A program made the position numbers and the translations under genes. Under the pieces are notes generated by a model, which ran no database searches, was not told where the DNA came from, and saw only the letters and a list, made by a program, of their open reading frames with translations. Positions 36,401 to 47,500 of a stretch of 64,000 nt of DNA are shown in pieces. Every line of letters begins with the position of its first letter. Position 1 is the first letter of the stretch. The DNA is from Klebsormidium nitens (lineage: Eukaryota; Plantae; Klebsormidiophyceae): NCBI GenBank assembly GCA_000708835.1, contig DF237003.1, positions 43,419-107,418 on the forward strand, given 5' to 3'.

Positions 36401-39400
36401 TGTACTTACGGGCTGCCTGGATTGATACATTGCAATTCATGTGGCGCCATATGTAACGCCTTGATGCTCTTCTTGAGGAGGCACATCTGATGTTTGCTTT
36501 TTCTCTGCAGGGGGTTGCGGTGAGGGTACGGAGGCCAAGTGACTACAACCCGTCAATGGCAGCGACCCTTGGGCCTAGCCAGCCGAATCCCAATCTCAAC
36601 TTAGCTGCGGTGGGGCTTACGCCAGGGTGAGTTTGTCGAACTGCTGCAATCTGCTGCTACTCACTGCTAATATTTGTCTAAATTGGAGCGTCTGATGGAT
36701 CTTGGACATATGATTTACGAATGTGGTTTGCCTTACGTCCGAGATACTGGGAGTGCCGTGCTATGACAGTGTGCGTCGGCAGAGAGACTCCAGTGGTCTT
36801 GCTTGACTGACCCGGTAATTGAATTCTGCAGAAGCGGGGCTGGCGGAGCAGACGGACCTGATCGGGTCTTTGTGGGAGGCCTGCCGTACTATCTTACTGA
36901 GGAACAGATCAAGGAACTGTTGTCATCTTTCGGGTAAGGGAATGTCAACATGCTGCGTCCTTTCGGGTTGAAAGTACGTTGGCCAGTTCTCGTTTCCTGG
37001 ACGTGTCTCAGAAAAGGGTCCTTCATTGACTTCTGAGGATGATCAAGGAACTGCTGTCATCTTTCGGGTAAGGAAATGTCAAGGCTGCGTACGTTTGGGT
37101 TGAAAGTACGTTGGCCGCTTCTTGTTCCTGGACGTGTCTCAGAAAAGGACCATTTCTTGATTCCTGGGATTGGTGAAGCCGAGGAGGGTTTGTAGGGCTG
37201 AGCTCGGCAGTTTCTGTTAGATTTTTGCAAGAGCAAGTTAGAAGTTCACTAGAAGGTCGCCTCGATTTCTCACGCTCGACAAACAGCAGACGAGATCTTG
37301 GAATCGAATCGTAGGCAGATGGCTCCCTGAGGCCTCAGCAAGCCACTCAGATGCTCCTGGCACCGTCCGTGCAGGCCTCTCAAGGGCTTCGATCTCATCA
37401 AGGACCGGGAGACCGGGAGCAACAAGGGTTACGGCTTCTGTGTGTGGCAGGTGGGCCTCGTATCTTAGCCTGATGTCCTCTGTCGGTTTTCCAGGCCTCT
37501 GCGGGGCTTTGAGCTGGTCAAGGATCGTGACACTGGCAACTCCAAGGGCTATGGCTTCTGCGTGTACCAGGTGAACTTCCCTAGTGGTCATCGTGAATGT
37601 CATCTGCCTACGCTGCTTAGCTGTGTCATGCCAAATTTTAGTGTCCTCTGCTCGTTTGCGGTACACATTTCAATGTCAGGCGTTGAAGAGTTGTCAGGTC
37701 ATGAACGGCTTTCTGTAGTTCAGCAGGAGGTGTTGTCAGGGTCCATGTCGTTTCGTTAAGCCATGACAGATTGCGCTTCCCAATCTGACCCGATTCTCTT
37801 GGCCACGACAGAACCCGGCAGTGACGGACATTGCTTGTGCGGCTCTGAATGGCATGAAGCTCGGTGACAAGACTCTCACTGTGCGGCGGGCCACGTCCAG
37901 GTAAGTCTCCAGCGTGCAAGGACTTTCCGTGGGTAAGGGGCTGATTTAGTGTGTGTTGCAAACGCCCCAACTGTGCAGGATTCATCTGTAGTGGACATTG
38001 CCTGTGCGGGGCTTAATGGCATGAAAATGGGGGACAAGACGCTGACTGTGCGGCGGGCAACAGCAAGGTCCGCCTTTTCGCTGCCTCTGTTTGTCAATTG
38101 AGTGTTCCTATCCCTCTGCGGTTAGGATTTTCTGGCAGCTGTTTCGAGAACATTATGAAGTTGTATCACCCGATGGGGCTGTTTCATGGAAGAGGAGGCG
38201 TTCTTTGTGTCAAGCTTTACGTACCAAGACCTGAAGTTGGAAAAGTCCGGTATTGTTCCATCATTCAAATTGCTGCAAGCGCCATTGTGGTCCTTCTGGT
38301 CAACAACGGTGCGACCCAAAGGCTTTTAGCGCCGAAAGGGGTCAATCTTGATTCGGACGCTGCTCCTTTGAGTGCTCCACTTTTCAAGTCCTGCGGTTGC
38401 AGGCGTTGCTCTTTTAGAGAACAGGAGAAAGAATAGTAAGCAAGTCTTTGCAGTGCTTAACTGTACTCTTGAGCATTTCCTGGCCCTTTTCCGGTCTTGA
38501 ATATCAAGCGACCAATGCTGACTATTCGCTTCTCTGCAGTGGCCAAGCGAAGCCTGATCAGACTGCGGTCCTTCAGCAAGCTCAACAGCAGATTGCAATG
38601 CAGGTGAGCAAGGGAACTCTTGGGCCTCCCCTAGCAATCATGTAAACGGCTGGCTCATCTGGCTGGTGCTCCGGACTGTAGATCGTTGCTTGCTATGGAC
38701 AGTCGAGTCGAGTTACAGACGCTGGTTTGTCAAAGTATCCTTCTGGTCAGTAAGTTTGAGAGTCAACAATAACAGGCCAGCGTCGATAACTCCACGTTTT
38801 AGATCAAATGAATCAAGGTAAGGCTTATTTCTACAGCAGGTCGATTGACTGGTGTGCTCCAATCGCGATTGCAGCTGGGAGGTCTTGTCAGCCCTGGCCT
38901 TGCTGGCACGGGAGCCAACAACATTCCTCTTGGCATGCCCGCAGAGGTGCCAACCAAGGTGCTCGTGCTGCTCTCGGTGAGTTGACTCGCATATCTCCTC
39001 TCTAATCTCTTTTTCGTTTTTGCTTCAGTTGAGATCATACTGAAAGCTCTCTTGTTCTGAATATCTTCTAAGATGAATTGTGGACGATTTGAGATGTCAC
39101 GCTGTCAGCTCAACTAGTTATGCAAGGTCGTTGCGCTGGTCACTTCGCTGGTCAGTACTTCAGAACGACTGTCAAACGGATCTGGCCGCATGCAGAGCCG
39201 TTGTGGTAAGCTTGAACTGGTTTTCAAGAGGTGCTGATCATCCAACACCGCTGTCTGTCCAGGTTGTTACCCCTGACGAGCTGGTCAACGATCAGGACTA
39301 TGAGGAGATCTTTGAGGACATGAAGGAGGAGTGCGCTAAGTATGGCAGCCTTGTCAAGGTCGTCATCCCACGCCCCGATCCTTCGGGGGCGCCTCGGCCA

Positions 39401-39756
39401 GGGGTCGGCAAGGTGAGGAACCTGGGCCTCACATCAATGTTGATACCCGACTGTGGTGACTTTTGGTTACTGGTCACGAGAGGCTGTTTTCTTCGCCGTT
39501 AACCGCAGGTTTGGGATTGAAGCCTTCCGTTTTCTGCAGCATCATTCAGGGCGGTCTGCCGCAAAGTGCCCTACTGGACTGCGAGACGGTCTTTAAGCTC
39601 AGTCTCTCATTCTTGCAGGTTTTTGTGGAGTATGCCGATACCACGTCATCAGCAAAAGCCAAGCAAGCCCTTCATGGGCGGAAGTTTGGTGGCAACGCCG
39701 TCGTTGCTACGTACTATAGAGAAGAGAAGTTCCATTCTGGCGACTACAGCGGCTAG
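33448..39756 (+). CDS. U2AF65: Splicing factor U2AF large subunit (RS domain, RRM1, RRM2, UHM/RRM3) with two duplicated exon pairs in RRM2
   Basis: Exons 33448-33537, 33695-33825, 34210-34272, 34494-34552, 35217-35254, 35438-35542, 35752-35812, 36057-36169, 36511-36626, 36832-36933, [37375-37450 or 37495-37570], [37812-37900 or 37979-38067], 38540-38603, 38875-38976, 39263-39412, 39619-39756. Phases are consistent when one exon of each pair is used. Motifs RKGSGFDMAPP, QATRHARRVYVGGLPP, NVYINQEKKFAFVELRTVEETSNAMALDG, DRVFVGGLPYYLTEEQIKELL, KGYGFCVYQ, DYEEIFEDMKEECAKYG, GRKFGGNAVVA. Confidence 0.96.
36893..37140 (+). repeat. 134-bp tandem duplication of the 3' end and donor of U2AF65 exon 10
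   Basis: atcaaggaactg(t/c)tgtcatctttcgg|gtaagg has donors at 36934 and 37068, each followed by near-identical intron sequence (gttgaaagtacgttggcc...cctggacgtgtctcagaaaagg). Confidence 0.92.
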
Positions 39757-40727
39757 TTTGAGTCGTTTTTGATAGAGTCGTCATGTTCTACCTCTCTCAC
39801 TTCGCTGCTACCAGTAGAACAATCTGCAAAAGGGTTTACGCAGCCGATTTGGTGGCTCGCAAAGCACAAACGTGCCGCGCTGGCGCCTTGAACGTGATGT
39901 ACCAGCTTCTCATATAGCCTCTAGTTAGCATGCAGATCTTCATATGAATGCAGCAGACGGCAGAAGTGCGACGTATAGAGCCGTGCTTATAATACATGCA
40001 TATGTCTTGGAGATTAAACATAGGTAACGAACATGGTAAGACAATCGCACCGGACCTTGACTGCTGTTGTGTGCAGTGTGTTTGTCGACAAATTAGCATT
40101 TTGACTTTCATGAAAGGCTATAGCTTTCTGACTTGAGCAAATGATGTACAATACGGTCCTGTACAGCATGTAACGATAGGGTCAGAAGGCAGTGCATGCC
40201 AATGACATGCTGCAATTGCAGATTGAGGATGCATTGGTTGGCACATGGTAGTGCGCGCCAAATCAATGTCGAGCAAGTGGTACCAAACACGTACAAAAAA
40301 CTCAATTGTAAAGGCTTAATAAGCAAGCATGTTATACCCATGGCCAACATGTTTCATGAGCCGCGCACGATGTGCGTTCACCTGTCACACGCTCGACCAT
40401 GTCGGATAATTTCAAGTCAGCCAATTGTCGACTCAACGATGTGTTGCAAGACATCGACGTCATGATTTTACTCTCCAGCATACCTAGAAGCATACAACTG
40501 GACCAGGCATTAGAATCGAGACTCTCAGGACGTTCAAATCAGAAGCTCCAGCAAATTTCGTCATTAAAACGGACCTTCCTGAACCTCCCTGCAGTTCCTG
40601 GAGACTCAGTTTTTTGCACGACTCGATGCTTCTCTGCATACCTGTATGCTGAAGTTTAACCTTCTCGCCGCGCCGAGTCCTGCACGGCGGCAGTCCCGGC
40701 GTGTCGTCATCAAGTTGACATCAGGCC

Positions 40728-40936
40728 CAGCGTTCGACACGGACTTTCGTCGGCTCCCAGGCCGACTGTTCTCCGGTCAGTCGGCTGGAGACTTGAACCG
40801 GTCGGCTTCCCTCACCCAAACACCTCAGAAAGACCCCGGTTCTGTCGGCTTTTCGGCCGCCGCCCCTCGGTTCAGTCGGCCGAGAGGCTATTCCGTCGGC
40901 TGACGTTTGCCTGGTGTGACGGCTCGTGTCGAACTG
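40728..40936. mobile_element. Non-autonomous hAT-type DNA transposon (MITE), 209 bp
   Basis: Perfect 8-bp target-site duplication ATCAGGCC at 40720-40727 and 40937-40944. Terminal inverted repeats CAGCGTTCGACACG ... CGTGTCGAACTG share an exact 10-bp core. Seven internal GTCGGC/GCCGAC repeats. An 8-bp TSD with CAG ends is typical of hAT elements. Confidence 0.85.
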
Positions 40937-41589
40937 ATCAGGCCAGGTGTCTGTCAACAGTACGGAATCGTGATTCGTCAGGCAGAGGTAACTGTGCAAT
41001 GATTGAACCAATGAAAATACGCCCCGTTAGCCGATTTGACAATTTCCAGATTCTCTCGAACCCACAAGATCAAAATTCACACCTTGGTCACAAATGAACA
41101 TGTGAATACGTTCATGCAAACAGCGAGCCGCGCGTACAACATGAACAACTCTCACGCGAGTTTACACCGAGGATACGAAGACCCTTTTCCGCTCTTCTTG
41201 GTGTCACGCCAGAGTCCAGACTCCAGACCTTGGACTCGGAGTCGGACATCGTCGAGGGACGGTTTCTTTCGGGTCGGAGAGGGAGCGCTTGGGAGCACCG
41301 GTCCAGCTGTGCACACATGCAGCCTGAGCTAGCATTCCGATCGCGCACCTCAGCTCTACGATCGCTTCTTTCATTCTTTCCTGCAGCTGCGATCTCAGTT
41401 TGAAGTTGAAAGCTTCTGGGGACGCAGAGAGCTCATTGCCCCTCCATAGTACCTCTGCAGAAGGCCGATTTCGTATGGCGACCTGTAGTAACTTCTGACC
41501 TACGTTCAGAGATCTGCTGAAATATAGTCAGCCTGTAATTCCATTCAAGACATCAGCAGAACGGTGACTTCACTGTACATGATTTCCCA

Positions 41590-44500
41590 ATGTTGCCCCC
41601 AAAGGTAGCGGCATGGGCCACCTTTTGGCTGACGGCAGGTCTCAGCGCTAGCTGGACGAGTAGAGGTGAGTCACAGCCAAGGAATTCTGGCATTGCAAGC
41701 TTTCTCCATTGAAATCTTCAGTATTAAGGGACTCGTAGACCCTTGCGATGACACAAAGTGGAGGGCGTGGTGATGAGGGAGAGTTTCTGGGGGCTTTCAG
41801 GCAATCCTCACAGGGGATTGCGAGAAGCTTGACGATGCTTTGGGATTGAGGTGCACCAACTCTGAGGATTCATTTGGATGTTATAGTCAAACATGGAGAT
41901 TGCTGGAGATCACTACATTTTGGGCACATTGACTCAGAAGGTTTATGAGGTGATAACTTAGCTCGCGCCTGCCAAGATTGTGAATCTGGAAGGCTGTCCA
42001 AAGGGAATCAGGCTATCCACAGGTAGGAGGGGCTGATGTAAAAGCATTCTTGTTGGCATACCAAGAACTTGGTGTACTGCCTTTTTGGACATTGACCAAT
42101 TGCGCTTTGAGAACGTGCATGGGCGTAAGGGCCAGGTTTTCTGAGTATAAAATTCTTGGTTTTTGAGAAGGAAAGGCTGTGAAACAGCATGGTCACAAAG
42201 AAACCCCTGTTTCCCCTTCTAAGGTCGCACCATTCGTTTCCCATGCCAATTGTGGTGTTTCTGGGACGGCACAATGAGCGGCTTTGTCACGGCAGGCAAG
42301 AGGACAGAAGCTGGTCCTTACAAATCGAAGAAATACCATCTTCTAAGATCAAGCTCGCCGTGGCATGTCCCAAACATGGTACTCGCCAAGAAAGAAGAGG
42401 ATAGAAGAAGCTTTTACATTTCCGATCACAAGACCAGACAATTCTGACAACAATCTTGACCAGATTCTGTACTCCTGCAAATGGAGTGATTCCAATTTCG
42501 GTGCAGTTGCGGGCCAGGCGTGCGTCGGCGTGCAGGACGCTCTAGGGCTGCAAAGCGCCGCTAGCAACCTGGCAGGGGATGCAGTTGTTAACATTTGCAA
42601 GTGAGCACTTTTGACAGCAACAAAGAAGGGATTTGTGTGCCCGAGGGCTGGTTGCTGAGTTTGGCTCTCTGAATATTTACTGTGTCACTCTGCCTTTCCC
42701 CCTGAATGCTCAGTTGTGGAGCGCGTCTCGATGATGTTAGATTATCAGGTATACACAACTTCAGGTCGCCTTTTGTATCAGTATACACGGTGTATCTTTA
42801 CCCCCGCTCCGCTTGAACAGCTGACTGCGATCCAGATTTGCGACTTTCTGTTAAGGGCATTAGCTGAGAGAATTGCAATTGGCTCTGGTACCAAATTGAC
42901 ACTTTCCACTTCCCCAGGACTTACAAAGCAACATGCCTCAACTCCAGCTCTTGTCCACTTCATGCTTCTTGACTGAACAAAAGTGCTTCATCTGTCCCCC
43001 TACAGCGACATTGCACTTTCTGCCACCATCTCAATTGCGCGGCCCATCACGCTGGTGGGGCAATGCCCTTCCCCTGGCTGCCGCATCTACCCCGCACCAT
43101 CCTCCAGTAGCACCAGGGTAAGCTATGGTTCTCCTCTCTGCGCCTATGTCGAGAACAAAAATGAAATTATCACTTAGTGCTCTGATCTAGCATGGCCGAC
43201 ACATTGCTCACTGATTGTTTGTTCACAAGTCTGGCTTTGAGCATACAACAGGGTCCAGCTTTTCTTGAGAGTGCATTGGTTCTTCTATGCTGAAATGCAC
43301 TTGATGCTTGTCTGGCTCATTGCCAAACGTACACAGATTCCCGGTTTCAGTATTCTACTGTAGCTGCAAAAACATCCTTCAAGTGTAAAGTTGAAGCTTG
43401 GCGGTCAAAGTGCATTTCTAGCACTTCGTTGTGATTCATGGCTTGCTTTCCGGCTTCCCAAAAGACTCGACTCGAAAATACCCATGTCTCGGATGCCGGA
43501 AAAAGGTTAGCGAACTCATTCATACAAAGACAATGTCTGTAAGCAGGGTGCAACTGCAATTGCTCCTTCCCAACCCTCTCAATCACTCTCCTTCCAGTTC
43601 CGACTCTTTGACGCTAATGCTAACGGGACTGTTACATTCCGAAATCTGTGGCTGGACAAAGGCGATGTAAGTGCCCCAACTCTGAAAGACCTCCGCACCC
43701 GACCTTCCGCCGAAAGCTGCTCCTCAGCTTAGATTCCTAAGCTGCTCGCTTTGGCCACCACTCAAGTCATGTTACCGTAAACTCTGTGATTGCCAGGGTC
43801 GTTTCTGAGAGGGCACATGTATCTTCAAACACTTTGTCTTGAGCTGATTTATGGCTCGCCGCTTGAGGATCAGGAAGGGTCAGCATGAAGGGGATTACGG
43901 GCCAAAATTGCTTGACCGCTCTTCTGGTGCCTGCAACCGTCCTTGGACAGGAAGAAGCGTTTCCTTGCTGCTTGATGCGTGTACTGGTAGAGCGAGGGAA
44001 AGGAGAGTCGGTGCTGAGAAGAATCAGAGGCTAGGGCCTGTTTAGAAACGGTGGTACATCTTCCAACGTCAGTGAAAGCTCATTTGAACGCTCGAGCCGT
44101 CCAATTCGAGGCTGTTCGACTGCGGTTCTTGAGACTCTGAACTGCTCAATCGGATCCGACGGTGATTCACTAGTGTCCAGAAAGCCTTAGCCTCAGCTTC
44201 TTTGCGATATCAATCCTCCTTTTCCCTTATGAAGATGCTTCAGCACACAGTTGAGAGTCCATGTAAGACACCCATGCATTGCCACAATTTCCGGGCTTAC
44301 AAATTGGTTGGTTTTGCAGATCTCCAACTTGGCCACCCATGCATACGGCGGCGCGATCAACGCGCGGACGTCCACATACCTGGTGGCCGATACCGTGCTA
44401 TTCACCAACAACCGTGAGTCGTCCGGAGGTGAGGCCACCCTTTTCGATGGAGCGGGAGCAACGTGAAGAGAAATCTCCGAAGGATTGCTTGCAGGAGAAA

Positions 44501-47500
44501 GGAAAAAGAGTGCTGAAACCAGCCGCGGATGTATCAGATCCTCGAACATGGACAGTTGAGGATGAAGGTTTATTGGCAAAAGAGATGAGAGTCTCTTGGC
44601 TGAAACGGAGAGATTTTCTTCTTTTGGCCCATCTGCAGTCACTCTGCATTCGCCCAGACCGTTGGCAAAAGGGACATGCCAGAAGAAATAATTATAGAGC
44701 TTGCCTCCGCAGGAGCACGAGGCAGAGTGTCCGAAACGCGAAGCCTTTCACGATCTTGTACCAAACCCGAAGGGTGCACGGAGCTACTGCTCCAGCTTCT
44801 TGCAGAACGAATAGCTACACTCCTCAATCTTTCTATCACGTTGCTGTTCGAAACCCTCTGACTCTTCTTCTTCAATCTGTCGACCGGCCTAACGTTCTAA
44901 TCTTACTAGTGACCCTTGTCATTGCTTCTTACGGCGACCATGCAGAAGCAAGCCGCAAATGCCTTGAAGACTGGTCTCGTGATTGTCGGACTTTGGTGTT
45001 GCAGGTGCGATCTACTACCTGGGAAACGCTACCATCAACTCATGTACCTTTGTGAACAACAGCGCAATCTACTCCGGAGGAGCCCTGTACGCCGAAGGGA
45101 CAGCAATGGAAGTCAGGAATTCCAACTTCACGCAGAACAGCGCGGTCGTAAGACAAGGCCTCCGACCAATAAACCGCTTCTGAGCTCACATCTATCGTTT
45201 TTGATTAATTAATGTCAAGCATAAGAGCCACCTTAATTTTGGCCCTGATCGAGATTGATTGCTCGTTTATCCGCTCTTTTGCCAGGACAGGTGTGAATCG
45301 CATCCTCGAGTGACCTTAAATGTACTTGTTGTCGGACCCAGTGTTTGCCGCAAGTGTATGCTTTAGAGGACCTCGAGAAAGTGCACCGGCAAAAGTGCCT
45401 TTTATTCCACACCCGCTTGTTAAATCTACTCAGACTTTTCTTCACAAGTCTGGATAGACGGTCGTCACCCGACACTTTCGTAGTGGCACTATCCTTTGAA
45501 CCACTCGGCACCGAAGGGTCTGAGAGCGACGTTCCGGCCTTCACATAAGCGAACACGCGCATCGCCTCGAATTCTTTGGCCCACGTCCCATGATTCCTCC
45601 TTGTTATACAGCAAGCTTTGCCCGCCTTCCCTTCGTCCTCTTCTCTGGTTAGCCTCTATTGTTTCCGGAACTGCTCGGAACGCTGTGTTGTTTGCGCTGG
45701 TTCTCACATTGACTAAGGGCCATGTTGACTAACCAAAGTGCCCGGAAAACGCGTTTTTGGTTTGGATAGTTAGGATGGGTCGAGAGCGGGTAAGGTCCTC
45801 AGGTTCGTTCGTAGTCGCAAGCAGTAGTTTAGCTAAGATGCTCTTACTCAACCTGAGCAAGAAATTTGTTTGCTCTCGCTGCAGTATGGCGGGGCTATCA
45901 GGGTGTATTCCCCGTACGACTCCTCCGGCCCCTTCATTGTCAAGAACGCCATCCGCGGGTCCCTCTTCCTGTACAACCATGCGTCATACGGCGGGTGCGT
46001 CGTTGGATCCATTCAAGAAGATTGATTCGGACTTTTTGTAACCGTTTGGTGCTACCTCGTTACAGTTTTGGCCCCACTTCATCACTGTAGAACCAGCTTT
46101 CAAGTCATTCGTCGCAACGTCTTGGCGAGTCGAGACTAAGGTCTTATTTCATCAGGCCTTGCGACGACAAACAATGGGCCCGTCGAATCATCAGCTCGTT
46201 TGGCAATTAGGTCGGCGGTCGAGTAACGTACTTTAACTGTCACGTTGTTGGCTGACTGTGATGTCCGCTGTGGTCTGGTAAGATTGTACCCTTATGTCAA
46301 GATGAAAAAAAGTAAAGCTAGCCCTTCTCTAAGGCGTGCGGTCAGTCATCCTGATTGTACTTTGCCGCCGCTTCCTAGTCATCATAAGCAAAGCGTTCAG
46401 GAACCATCCAAGCTTCAGCATTGCGTTTACGACCGCACAGCGCTTAATCAGACGATTGCAAGGCTTGCCTCGGTTCCGGACGGGCTTTTTCTGTAAGAGC
46501 AAAGGGCGTACCGTGAGAAGCAGGTACGGCTGTGCTTGCAGGGCGGTCTACGTGAGTTCGGGAACGAACAACGTCACTATTGCCGGCAACACCTTCGCCA
46601 ACAACACGGCCTACGTGAGGAGAACCCGCCAGCTTCTTGTCCTTTCCTGTGTCTTGTTGATTGCACATAAAAGCTGGTGGGGTGTCGAGCAAGGGTTTCT
46701 CTGCGCTCTAGAAGGTATGTTCTTATGGCAGCTAGGTTACGACTCAAGGCCGCCTGCTAGTAGGCATGCGGCAACCGCACTGCCGGGCATCCCCATAGAG
46801 ACCTCCTCCTTTATGAGAGACGCTGGCTGAGCGGAGCAGTTGAAACACTAGACAGGCTTTCGTTGAAGAAATTGTTGTATTTCTGCACCGATCATCAACG
46901 CCTGAAACGGACAAGTACGAGCTTGCTTTGCAAGGGTGCTGCCATTGTTGCGTCCAGTCAACAGAAACAACAGGAAACAACAGGAAACAACGCTTGCAGT
47001 CGGTTCGCAGGAGCAAATCTGTCGCGGGTAGGCATTCAAGTACTCGCCATTGGCGGCGGCCCGACTTCTGATAGTCAATGAGCTGAAGCGAAGTTTCCTA
47101 CTTCAATTCCCTACTTGTTATTTAGGCGTCTTTACCTTTACCCGCCTTTTGCAGTCGAACGGCGGGGCCGTGAACGACGCTGGCGGTTACTTGACGCTCC
47201 TCAGCGGCAACAGCTTCATCCAGAACTACGCGCCGGATGGGGGCGCTGTATCTTTATATGACAGCTATGCGATTTTTGCCAGCCCCAACGTGTTCATCCG
47301 CAACAGCGCAGACTCTGTGCCTCAGGGGCCTGGAATCAGGTTATCTTATGGGACGACCAATTTTTGCCCAAGCGAGCCCGTCGGGATAGTCACAGTCCTG
47401 TTTGGGGGGGTGGTGAATTCGGGTGAGTGTTTCCTGGAAGTCGACTTGCAAATGTGAAGCAGTTCCTTCGCCTGTTGCATACTGAGGGGTTGGTTGTGCA

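Noticed and set aside
37238-37666. 142-aa minus-strand ORF over the U2AF65 duplicated exons
   Set aside because: Antisense shadow of exons 11a and 11b.
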